A program made the translations under genes and the position numbers. The notes under the pieces were generated by a model that saw only the letters and a list, made by a program, of their open reading frames with translations, had not been told where the DNA came from and made no database searches. Shown here piece after piece: positions 8,611 to 17,039 of a stretch of DNA of 29,744 nucleotides. Source of the stretch: an uncultured Bacteroidales bacterium (GTDB taxonomy: Bacteria; Bacteroidota; Bacteroidia; Bacteroidales; Paludibacteraceae); contig CAMOHN010000001.1 in NCBI GenBank assembly GCA_946615455.1, forward strand, positions 1-29,744, written 5' to 3'. Every line of letters starts with the position of its first letter. Within the stretch, counting starts at the first letter, position 1.

Positions 8611-8642
8611 CAAAAGTAGCGTGTTTGCCGCTAACAAACAAG
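8611..8642 (-). promoter_or_regulatory. Bacteroidetes housekeeping promoter candidate for the barrel/giant protein/ftsB/ruvC run
   Basis: Minus-strand TACTTTTG(CC) at 8618-8611 fits TAnnTTTG; TTG/TTTG candidates lie 16-20 nt upstream (8635-8642). Confidence 0.6.
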
Positions 8643-8692
8643 CGATACCCTATTTTTTGTACGAAAATATAGAACTTATCAGTATATCGCAC

Positions 8693-8700
8693 TATCTTTG
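8693..8700 (+). promoter_or_regulatory. Bacteroidetes -7 promoter element for the GH3 gene
   Basis: TATCTTTG(C), 40 nt upstream of the ATG at 8741; no clear -33 element at canonical spacing. Confidence 0.55.
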
Positions 8701-8740
8701 CGGCATAATTCTGACGAATCGATATAAAAAACGAACCCGT

Positions 8741-11047
8741 ATGAACAAACCGCTACTATTGGCAATGGCAGCCATGCTGACTTTCGGTATGGCTGTTCAC
8801 GCGCAGAGGCGCGTGGCAATCGCTCCCGACAAGGGCAGTGTTCAACTCCGTGCAGACAATATCGACGAGATCATGCAAGCCATGACACTCGAAGACAAAA
8901 TCAATCTGCTTGTTGGTGTCAACGACGAGGACTTTGAGGACGGCACTGCCGGTCATCAGAAACAGTTTGTGGCAGGTGCTGCCGGTGTCACCTGTGCCAT
9001 TCCCCGCTTAGGTATCCCCTCAACCTTGTTCTGCGATGGTCCTGCCGGTGTGCATATCGACTCGGTGCGCGAAGGAACCACGCGCCGTTTTTTTGCCACC
9101 GGTTTTCCTGTGGCTTCCTGCTTGGCTTCCACTTGGAACACCCAATTGGTGGAAGAGGTAGGGCGTGCCATTGGTAACGAAACGCTCGAATACGGCTGTG
9201 ACATTGTGCTCGGTCCGGGCATGAACATCCACCGCAACCCCCTCTGCGGGCGTAACTTTGAGTATTATAGTGAAGACCCCTTTGTCACCGGTGCCATCGG
9301 TACGGCCATGGTCAAGGGTATCCAGAGTCAGGGCGTAGGAGCCTGTCCAAAACACTATGCCGTCAATTCGCAGGAAACGGAGCGTTTCCGTGTGGACGAG
9401 CAAGTGAGTGAGCGAGCTTTGCGCGAGATTTACCTGCGAGGCTACGAGCGCATGGTCAAGCAGGCTCAGCCATGGGCTATCATGTCCGCCTATAACCGTG
9501 TCAATGGTGTCTATGCTCAGTGCAACAAGCACCTTTTGACCGACATCCTGCGTGACGACTGGGGCTTTCAGGGTTTTGTCATGACCGACTGGATTGGCAA
9601 GCGTCCCGACCTGCCCGTTGAGGACGAGGTCAAAGCCGGCAACGAACTGATGATGCCCGGTCGCCAAGTGCAACGCGAAGACCTGTTGCAAGCCGTGCGG
9701 GACGGCCGCCTGCCCATGACTGATGTGGACCGCAGTGTACGCCGCATGTTGGAGTATATAGTCAAGGCTCCGCGTTTCCGCCACTATGATTACAGTGACA
9801 ACCCAGACCGTCGCAAGCACGCTGCCATCACCCGTCAGAGCGGAACCGAGGGTATGGTGCTCCTCAAAAACAACGGGGTGTTGCCCATGACCGCAGCAGG
9901 CAATGACACCATAGCCCTTTTTGGTGTGAACAGTTATGACTTCCTCTCCGGTGGAGTCGGTTCGGGCTGCGTCAATGTGGAAAAGGTGACGGATATGGTA
10001 ACAGCCCTTGCCGAACAAGGCTTCACAACCACACCGCTGCTGACCGACATCTATCAGAAGTATGTGTCTTATGCCCGCGTTAAACTGGCCATTGACAAGA
10101 ACCCGCTCATGTGGTTCTTGGACCAAGGTCAGCCCAAGTTGGACGAGATAGAGATCAGCGAGCGTTGCATCCGTCATGAGGCCAAGCAAGCCCGTGCCGC
10201 CATCATCACCATAGCCCGTCAGGCAGGTGAGGGCATTGACCGTCAGATTGACGGCGAGTTCACTCTGACCGACCTGGAGCAGACCCTCATCGCTCGCGTG
10301 AGCGACATCTTTCATGAGATGAACAAACCCGTTCTGGTGGTCATCAATTCCGGTTCGGTCATCGAGACCGTATCGTGGCGTGACCGTGTGGATGCCATCC
10401 TCATGGCATGGCAGCCCGGGCAGGAAGGGGGCAATGCTGTGGCAGACATCCTCACAGGCAAAGCCAACCCCAGCGGACGACTGACCATGACATGGCCCGT
10501 GTCGGTCTATGACCACTGGTCCACACGCAACTTCCCGCAAGACTATGACATGTATTCGTATCAGCGTCTTGAGAACAGCCGCGGCCCGATCAAAGGTATC
10601 ACCTACACCAAACACGAAGAGGGTATCTATGTGGGCTACCGTTATTTTGACACTTTCCACAAGCAGGTGGCCTATCCGTTCGGCTTCGGCTTGAGTTACA
10701 CCACTTTTGACTACACCAAAGCCAAGGTGACCCGACAGGGCGACCAACTCGCTGTCAGTGTCACCATTACCAATACGGGTCAGAGAGCCGGCAAAGAGGT
10801 TGTGCAAGTCTATGTGCATGCTCCTGAAGGCGGTATGGACAAACCCGACAAAGAACTGAAAGCCTTTGCCAAGACCCGCTTGTTGCAACCGGGCGAGAAA
10901 GAGACTGTGACCATGGTGATTGACCGTGCCGACCTTGCCTCGTGGGACGAGCAAACCAACGGATGGGTTGTTGCTGAGGGCGAATACCGATTCATGATAG
11001 CCGCCAATGTGGCGGATATCCGTCAGACGGTCAGCCTGAAACTATAA
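8741..11047 (+). CDS. Glycoside hydrolase family 3 beta-glucosidase-like enzyme (signal peptide, GH3-N, GH3-C, Fn3-like domain)
   Basis: DGPAGV, GPGMNIHRNPLCGRNFEYYSEDP, KHY, VMTDW nucleophile, EGIYVGYRYFDT, YPFGFGLSYT, KELKAF. Start moved from 8582 to 8741, where the signal peptide begins downstream of the promoter. Confidence 0.95.
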   Translation: MNKPLLLAMAAMLTFGMAVHAQRRVAIAPDKGSVQLRADNIDEIMQAMTLEDKINLLVGVNDEDFEDGTAGHQKQFVAGAAGVTCAIPRLGIPSTLFCDGPAGVHIDSVREGTTRRFFATGFPVASCLASTWNTQLVEEVGRAIGNETLEYGCDIVLGPGMNIHRNPLCGRNFEYYSEDPFVTGAIGTAMVKGIQSQGVGACPKHYAVNSQETERFRVDEQVSERALREIYLRGYERMVKQAQPWAIMSAYNRVNGVYAQCNKHLLTDILRDDWGFQGFVMTDWIGKRPDLPVEDEVKAGNELMMPGRQVQREDLLQAVRDGRLPMTDVDRSVRRMLEYIVKAPRFRHYDYSDNPDRRKHAAITRQSGTEGMVLLKNNGVLPMTAAGNDTIALFGVNSYDFLSGGVGSGCVNVEKVTDMVTALAEQGFTTTPLLTDIYQKYVSYARVKLAIDKNPLMWFLDQGQPKLDEIEISERCIRHEAKQARAAIITIARQAGEGIDRQIDGEFTLTDLEQTLIARVSDIFHEMNKPVLVVINSGSVIETVSWRDRVDAILMAWQPGQEGGNAVADILTGKANPSGRLTMTWPVSVYDHWSTRNFPQDYDMYSYQRLENSRGPIKGITYTKHEEGIYVGYRYFDTFHKQVAYPFGFGLSYTTFDYTKAKVTRQGDQLAVSVTITNTGQRAGKEVVQVYVHAPEGGMDKPDKELKAFAKTRLLQPGEKETVTMVIDRADLASWDEQTNGWVVAEGEYRFMIAANVADIRQTVSLKL

Positions 11048-11061
11048 AGAAAGGATATGGA

Positions 11062-12648
11062 TTATCTGCCCGTCCGAAGCCACTCAAGGAATCGGTCGGG
11101 ACTGGCAGTGAAAGCCAGCTGTTCGCCTGAGGGTTCGCCCTCGGGCGACAATTGTATATAGAGGGGCTGGGCATTGCTGCCGAAGCGTTCGCGTTGCAGG
11201 CGGGCAAACTCCTCGCCGTCGGGCGTGCCGTTGCCGTTCTCGTCCTGCCGCGAATCGACATACAGCGTTATCACCACCCAATCCTGCAATGCCGCCTGCA
11301 CCCGCTCGTCACTCAATACGTATGCTTCCATCTTGCGGCAATTGACACAGCCATAGCCCGAGAAATCTAACAGCATGGGTTTATTGGTCTGCCGCGCATA
11401 ACGCAGACCTTCGTCCCAGTCATGGAACACGGTCTTGGCTTCCACCGGCATGGGCGGAGCAAATGCCGATACGGCTTTGACGGGTGCACCCCAAACACCT
11501 GGTAACAGGTAGAGTGTGAAACACCATACCAAGACAGCCAGCACCTTCTCCACGCGGCTACGGCGAATCCAATAGACACCCAATCCGCCGAAACACACTA
11601 CCCAAAGGGCAAAGAACAGCCATCGGGGCAGTATGTCCCAGCCGTATGCCGTATCCGCCACCGAGAGGAACTTGAGCGACAGAGCCAGTTCAATGCAAGC
11701 CAGACCCACTTTGATCGAGTCCATCCATTGCCCCGAACGGGGTAGGTGCTGCATCCAGTGGGGGAACAGAGCCAACAGCGAAAAAGGCAGTGCCAGTGCC
11801 AAGGCAAAACCCGTCATTCCCACAGCCGGAGCTAACAGACTCATAGAGGCAGCTTCCACTAACAATGTGCCGATGATGGGACCGGTACACGAGAAGGACA
11901 CAATGACCAGCGTAAATGCCATCCATGAGATACTCAATGTACTGCCTGCCGAGCGCGAGCGGCTGTCCATTGTTGTTGCCCACGAGGCAGGAAGACGCAA
12001 CTCAAACCACCCGAAGAAAGATAAAGCAAACACGACCAACAGCGCAAAGAAAACCAGATTGAGCACCGCATTGGTAGCCATCTCGTTCAGTGCCGAAGCA
12101 CCGAAAAGTGCCGTGACTAACAACCCCAAACCCACATAGATAAGCACAATGCTCAACCCGTAGAGTAGGGCATCGCGCTTGCCGCCGCCGCGGTGAAGAA
12201 AAAAGGATACGGTCATCGGAATGACAGGCCATACACAAGGCGTGAAGATGGCAAGCAAACCGCCCAAGAAACCCATCAACAGCAGCCACCACAACGAGTT
12301 GTCATTGCCACCGGCAACAGACTCAGATGAGGGTGCGACACCATATACATAGGTCTCTGCTGACAGGCATTGTGAGTCGTCGCATGCAACATAGCGCAGT
12401 GTGTCTGTGCGTTGTGTAGTGAGCGTGTAGCCGTCGGTATAGTCTTCGCCCACCATCGAGTCGCCCACACTGATGAGGGTCATGTGCCAGCCCGAGTCAA
12501 TGCGGGCTGTCAGTTGCACCATGCCATCATCCAACGGTATGCCCGACCAACGGACAGGGGTAAGAATCTGTGCCTGCAACCACACGGGAAACAGTGCGGC
12601 GAGCAGGCACAAAAGCAGATATCGTCTTAGGGTATGAGGCATCGGCAT
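11062..12648 (-). CDS. dsbD: Thiol:disulfide interchange protein DsbD-like (short N-domain, CcdA-type TM domain, C-terminal thioredoxin)
   Basis: YVACDDSQC in the N-domain; TPCVWPVIP and FSCTGP in the TM domain; GYGCVNCRKME thioredoxin motif. Start overlaps the nadE stop (TAATG). Confidence 0.88.
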   Translation of the reverse strand: MPMPHTLRRYLLLCLLAALFPVWLQAQILTPVRWSGIPLDDGMVQLTARIDSGWHMTLISVGDSMVGEDYTDGYTLTTQRTDTLRYVACDDSQCLSAETYVYGVAPSSESVAGGNDNSLWWLLLMGFLGGLLAIFTPCVWPVIPMTVSFFLHRGGGKRDALLYGLSIVLIYVGLGLLVTALFGASALNEMATNAVLNLVFFALLVVFALSFFGWFELRLPASWATTMDSRSRSAGSTLSISWMAFTLVIVSFSCTGPIIGTLLVEAASMSLLAPAVGMTGFALALALPFSLLALFPHWMQHLPRSGQWMDSIKVGLACIELALSLKFLSVADTAYGWDILPRWLFFALWVVCFGGLGVYWIRRSRVEKVLAVLVWCFTLYLLPGVWGAPVKAVSAFAPPMPVEAKTVFHDWDEGLRYARQTNKPMLLDFSGYGCVNCRKMEAYVLSDERVQAALQDWVVITLYVDSRQDENGNGTPDGEEFARLQRERFGSNAQPLYIQLSPEGEPSGEQLAFTASPDRFLEWLRTGR

Positions 12649-14582
12649 TAGCGCATGGGGTGAATGTCGCTGGGCATGCGCCAGTCGCCGCGTGGAGACA
12701 GACTGATGCCAATCACCTTGGGACCATCAGGCAGACACGAACGCTTGAACTGCTGGGTGAAGAAACGACGGCGGAACACATCCAACCAGTGGCGGATGGT
12801 CTGCTCGTCATATAGGTCTTCAAAGGCCAGCGAAGCCATATAGGCTATCTTTTCAGCCGTAAAACCAAAGCGAAGGAAATAGTACATGAAAAAGTCATGC
12901 AGAACATACGGTCCCACCACATCTTCGGTTCGTTGGTCCATACTTTCTTTGTCGGCAGAAGGAATCAGTTCGGGCGAGATGGGGGTATCCAGTATGTCTT
13001 TGAGTAGGACTGCCACTTCTTCGCCGTAGAGGTTATCGGCGGCATAGCGTACTTGGTATTGCACCATGGTCTTGGGTACACCTGCATTGATGCCGTACAT
13101 GGACATGTGGTCGCCGCAATAGGTGGTCCATCCTAATGCCAATTCGCTCATATCGCCCGTGCCGACTACCAGCCCGTTCTTTTGATTGGCCATATCCATC
13201 AAAATGAGGGTCCGCATACGGGCTTGGGCATTCTCGTAGGTGGCATCGTGGTGGTTCATATCATGCCCGATGGCTTGCAGGTGGTCGGTGACGCTTTGGC
13301 TGATGGGAATCTCATAGTGGGTGATGCCCAACAACTCCATCAACCTAAGTGCGTTGTGATAGGTGCGGTCGCCCGTGCCGAAGCCCGGCATAGTCACACC
13401 GACAATGCGCTTGCGATCGTAGCCCAACAGGTCTGCTGTACCCACAGCAACCAACAGGGCAAGGGTGGAGTCCAGTCCACCGCTGATACCCAGCAGCAGC
13501 GTGTCCACACCCGTGTGTTCCCAACGGTGTGCCAAACCGTTGATCTGTATGGCAAAAGCATCTTCCGAGAAGGCTACACTGTCGGCTGCGTCCGGAAGGA
13601 AAGGTGTGGTTGAGAAGCGGCGATGCAACGGCTCAGAGAAACCGTCTTCACGCTCTATGGGAGCCACATTGACCTTGCGATAGTGTCCGTGTTGGTCTTT
13701 TGTAAAGTTGGTATTGCGTTGGCGGTCGGTGCGCAGACGCTCCACATCAATCTCGCTGATGAGCAGGGTCGATTCGTGTTGGAAACGGTCGCCTACCTCC
13801 AGCAGGTCTCCGTTCTCGGCTATATAGGTCGAGCCGGAGAACACAATGTCCGACGACGATTCACCCACACCCGATGAGGTATAGACATAGCCGCAGTGAA
13901 CACGGGCAGATTGTTGCGTGATCATCTGGCGGCGGAAAGCATGTTTGCCCGTCACGCAGTTGCTGGACGAGAGGTTGAAGATAATCTCAGCACCCTGAAT
14001 GGCCAACTGGGTCGAAGGCGGAAGCGGTGACCAGAGATCCTCGCAAATCTCAATGCCGAAACAATAGTGATTGGTGGTGAAGAGCAAGTCCGGTCCGAAG
14101 GGCACATCGCCGCACCATAGGTCGATGGTCGGTATGCGCGGCATCAGTCCGCCTGCCAGATGCTGCATGGCTGCACGACCCGAGGTGAACCAGCGCTTTT
14201 CGTAGAACTCGCCCGTGTTGGGCAGATTGACCTTGGGCACCACGCCCACCACTTCGCCGTCGGTCATGACAAAGGCGCAGTTATAGAGGTTATTGTCAAC
14301 TTTGAGAGGAGCACCTACCAACACAATGATGGGCTTTTCACGCGTGAAAGCACAGATCTGCTCCAACCCTGCCAGCGTGTCCTGTTGCAGACGCTGGGTG
14401 AAAAAGAGGTCGGCACTCGTGTAGCCGGTCAAGGTTAGTTCCGGGAAACAAATCACTTCCACTCCTTCTTCCAATGCCTCGGTTATTTGTTCTTTGACTA
14501 TCTGCACATTGTATGCGCAGTCTGCCACCCGCATCATCGGCACGGCTGCCGCCACGCGGACAAAACCAAAATTCTCTTTCAT
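12648..14582 (-). CDS. nadE: Glutamine-dependent NAD+ synthetase
   Basis: Nitrilase domain triad (FPEL, PK, EICEDLW) plus synthetase domain (GISGGLDST, ENAQARMR, GTGDMSELALGW, KRSCLPDGPK). Confidence 0.96.
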   Translation of the reverse strand: MKENFGFVRVAAAVPMMRVADCAYNVQIVKEQITEALEEGVEVICFPELTLTGYTSADLFFTQRLQQDTLAGLEQICAFTREKPIIVLVGAPLKVDNNLYNCAFVMTDGEVVGVVPKVNLPNTGEFYEKRWFTSGRAAMQHLAGGLMPRIPTIDLWCGDVPFGPDLLFTTNHYCFGIEICEDLWSPLPPSTQLAIQGAEIIFNLSSSNCVTGKHAFRRQMITQQSARVHCGYVYTSSGVGESSSDIVFSGSTYIAENGDLLEVGDRFQHESTLLISEIDVERLRTDRQRNTNFTKDQHGHYRKVNVAPIEREDGFSEPLHRRFSTTPFLPDAADSVAFSEDAFAIQINGLAHRWEHTGVDTLLLGISGGLDSTLALLVAVGTADLLGYDRKRIVGVTMPGFGTGDRTYHNALRLMELLGITHYEIPISQSVTDHLQAIGHDMNHHDATYENAQARMRTLILMDMANQKNGLVVGTGDMSELALGWTTYCGDHMSMYGINAGVPKTMVQYQVRYAADNLYGEEVAVLLKDILDTPISPELIPSADKESMDQRTEDVVGPYVLHDFFMYYFLRFGFTAEKIAYMASLAFEDLYDEQTIRHWLDVFRRRFFTQQFKRSCLPDGPKVIGISLSPRGDWRMPSDIHPMR

Positions 14583-14605
14583 ATCGTCTTACAAAATAAA
14601 TATTC

Positions 14606-15373
14606 CTATGCTGTAACTATTTCTTGCTGTTTGCGCGTCTGCACGATGTCATAGTAACGCGTCACAATACGGTTGTGATTGACAAAGCCCACCACAGCCA
14701 CCACGGCTGCACCGGCAAAGTCCAGAATGAGGTCGGTCATCGTATCGCGAAGTGCCTCATGCCCTGTGAGCGGAATGTCTGTGGGCAGGATGATGGAGCC
14801 GGTGGTTGATGCCATGAACTGCTGCGAGTTGGTCCCCGCGAGGCTGTCGTAACTATATTCCAGAATCTCCCAAAAAGCCCCCATTCCTAACGAGAACATC
14901 ACTAAAAAGAGGGCAAGGAAATACTTGTTGAAATAGATGTACTTATCGTTCTCTGCCATGATGACATGGATGAGCCACATTGCCACCATGGACAGCAGTA
15001 CGCCCGACTCGGCATGTAGCAGCTTGTCCCACCATGTGAAACGACCATAGAAATTCAGTCCGTCACCCAAGATGAGTGCCGTAAAGGCAAACAACAACAC
15101 CACAGATGAAAGGACTATGGGGACCTCTATTCGATAGCGCAACTTCAACACCGAAGGAGCCTGCAACAACAGGATCATCAGTACGAATTGCATGGCACGG
15201 AACACTATCTCTGTCACCGTTGTGTTGTCCCGTGTAATGAGCAGACTGACACTGACCACACCAATGACAAAAGTCATGGCGGACAAGATGTTGTTCACAT
15301 TGCGCTGTGTGCCTTGTGGTTGGCTTTGGTGCGCACGCCATTGTCGTTGCGGATGAAGTATGGAGTTGAACAT
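14606..15373 (-). CDS. Multi-pass membrane protein, DUF2238-like
   Basis: Several TM helices with WWDKLLH, FWEILEY..D and DTMTDL motifs; family assignment from motif recall only. Confidence 0.6.
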   Translation of the reverse strand: MFNSILHPQRQWRAHQSQPQGTQRNVNNILSAMTFVIGVVSVSLLITRDNTTVTEIVFRAMQFVLMILLLQAPSVLKLRYRIEVPIVLSSVVLLFAFTALILGDGLNFYGRFTWWDKLLHAESGVLLSMVAMWLIHVIMAENDKYIYFNKYFLALFLVMFSLGMGAFWEILEYSYDSLAGTNSQQFMASTTGSIILPTDIPLTGHEALRDTMTDLILDFAGAAVVAVVGFVNHNRIVTRYYDIVQTRKQQEIVTA

Positions 15374-15384
15374 GAATTGGGCTG

Positions 15385-15870
15385 TTATCGGGTTAGCATC
15401 TGTTGGGCAATCCGTGCCATGGGCTCATAGAGCACCGAACTTTGTTTGAGTTGGGCGGGCAGCACATGCCACTGGGCATCCAACTGACTGACCAAATACA
15501 CGACAATGAGCACTATGATAGCCCATTTGCCGGCACCGAATACGGCACCCAACAGACGGTTTGCCCAACCCAGGTGGATGGCTTTCAGTAGTTTGGACAG
15601 CAACTTACCCAACAAATTGAGCGACAAAGTAATACCCAGGAATAGCAGTGAATAGGCAACCAGATTGCATACGGGTTCGGGCCATTGGGCTTGGGCAACC
15701 AGCCATGCGGACATGCTCTGTCCCCACAGGCGGGCACCAACATAGCCGATGATGACGGCGGCGATGGCGGTCACTTCGCTTACCAAACCGCGCATCACTC
15801 CCCTTACCAAACCGATGAGTATGGGCAGGGCAATCACGACGTCTAACCACGATATGCTTTCCATGGTCAC
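15385..15870 (-). CDS. cvpA: CvpA family membrane protein
   Basis: WLDVV...G..RG..RGLVSE, and LGWANRLLGAVFG; start could be 15864. Confidence 0.9.
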   Translation of the reverse strand: MTMESISWLDVVIALPILIGLVRGVMRGLVSEVTAIAAVIIGYVGARLWGQSMSAWLVAQAQWPEPVCNLVAYSLLFLGITLSLNLLGKLLSKLLKAIHLGWANRLLGAVFGAGKWAIIVLIVVYLVSQLDAQWHVLPAQLKQSSVLYEPMARIAQQMLTR

Positions 15871-15876
15871 ATGAGG

Positions 15877-17022
15877 TTAATAGCCGTATTCGATCTGCGC
15901 CCAAGCACCGCCATAATCCTTGTGGAAGAGTTGCAGGTCATCCAGCGAGCGGATGGTCACACTCCACTTGTCCCACGAGGGATATTTATAGGGGCGGATT
16001 TTGTAGTTGTCGTCGTGATAGTAACCCAATATGCCGGTCACGGTGCCCACATAGGCACTACAGCCGTCCACACCGGTGCGGTTGGCTCCCGGCAGATAGA
16101 CGCGCGAGAACTTGGCATACTCCGACGACGAAACCAAGGCTTTGTTGCCCTGCTTGTCCTCAATGATACGGGACTGCGGGTAGTTCTGGTTTTCGGTGGT
16201 GGGAGCGAACACATTGGCGTTCTTATCGGTCTCGGGATCGTTGGTGGTGCAGTCCTTGGCGGCTTCGTCCCAATACTGACCGGTGTAATGCACGTCTTTT
16301 AGGCACACCAGCACACCGTCCATCAGACGGTTGTCCACATCGTCCAGACGGTTGTTAAAGTCTGTGATGAGTATGGTGTCGCAGTGAGGGGCTTGCGGCG
16401 TACCGATCAGTTGGGTGCGCTGCTTGAACTCTGCCAAGGGTATGCGACCGGGAGCCCAGCCCACTTTCTCGGTGGGGTTGGAAGCATAGATATTGTTATT
16501 GTAGGACGGCACGCACAGTTGAGGCTGGTTGGCATAGCGACCTATGCACAAACCGTCAATACGAATCTGTATCTCTTGCCCTATCTGGTACATACCGTTG
16601 AGCGAACCGGCATCCACACCGATGCGCAGTGCCTGTTGTTTGCCATTGACAATCTGCTGTATGCAAAGCGTCTTGTAGAAATTGCCCGCCATATCGTCCG
16701 TGGTGATACGTCCGCGTATGTACAACGGACGGTCGGTGGGAAGTGTGTCCATAGCAAACACCCAGATGGTGTCCAAAGCAGGATTCAGCGTATGCCCTTT
16801 GCCGTTGGCGCGCAGGCGATACAGAGCAGGGTCGCAGTAGTTACCCTTTTCGCTCATATATGGAGCACGTTTCAAGTCGTTCAGTTCCAGTAGGTTGCTG
16901 CCTGCTATCTGGTCTGCCTCTTCGGTCGAGATATACTTGGGGGCAGGTTCGCTCACTTGACAAGCCGTCAGTGTCAGCATGGCCAATGCCATGAAGGTAA
17001 GGATATGTTGTTTGGTTGTCAT
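15877..17022 (-). CDS. DUF5689-like lipoprotein
   Basis: Lipobox LTA-C21; YIRGRITTDDMAGNFYKTLCIQ and YQIGQEIQIRIDGL..G.Y..QPQL match the recalled DUF5689 pattern. Confidence 0.75.
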   Translation of the reverse strand: MTTKQHILTFMALAMLTLTACQVSEPAPKYISTEEADQIAGSNLLELNDLKRAPYMSEKGNYCDPALYRLRANGKGHTLNPALDTIWVFAMDTLPTDRPLYIRGRITTDDMAGNFYKTLCIQQIVNGKQQALRIGVDAGSLNGMYQIGQEIQIRIDGLCIGRYANQPQLCVPSYNNNIYASNPTEKVGWAPGRIPLAEFKQRTQLIGTPQAPHCDTILITDFNNRLDDVDNRLMDGVLVCLKDVHYTGQYWDEAAKDCTTNDPETDKNANVFAPTTENQNYPQSRIIEDKQGNKALVSSSEYAKFSRVYLPGANRTGVDGCSAYVGTVTGILGYYHDDNYKIRPYKYPSWDKWSVTIRSLDDLQLFHKDYGGAWAQIEYGY

Positions 17023-17031
17023 AGTTCGGTT

Positions 17032-17037
17032 CCTCCT
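17032..17037 (-). promoter_or_regulatory. Shine-Dalgarno-like AGGAGG 9 nt upstream of the DUF5689 ATG
   Basis: Minus strand reads TAA-TCAGGAGGAACCGAACT-ATG. Confidence 0.4.
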
Positions 17038-17039
17038 GA

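Noticed and set aside
8582-8740. N-terminal extensions in the ORF track (GH3 8582, asnS 21701, Rel 27239, amidase 27303)
   Set aside because: They run through promoter elements or repeats and precede the natural signal peptide or conserved N-terminus.
9020-10954. 644-aa antisense ORF over the GH3 gene
   Set aside because: It mirrors a fully motif-supported gene on the other strand and has no recognisable motifs; long antisense frames are expected from codon bias at this GC content.
14583-14589. AGACGAT just before the starts of both nadE and the giant gene (7537-7543)
   Set aside because: Only two 7-nt instances in unrelated genes; compatible with chance.
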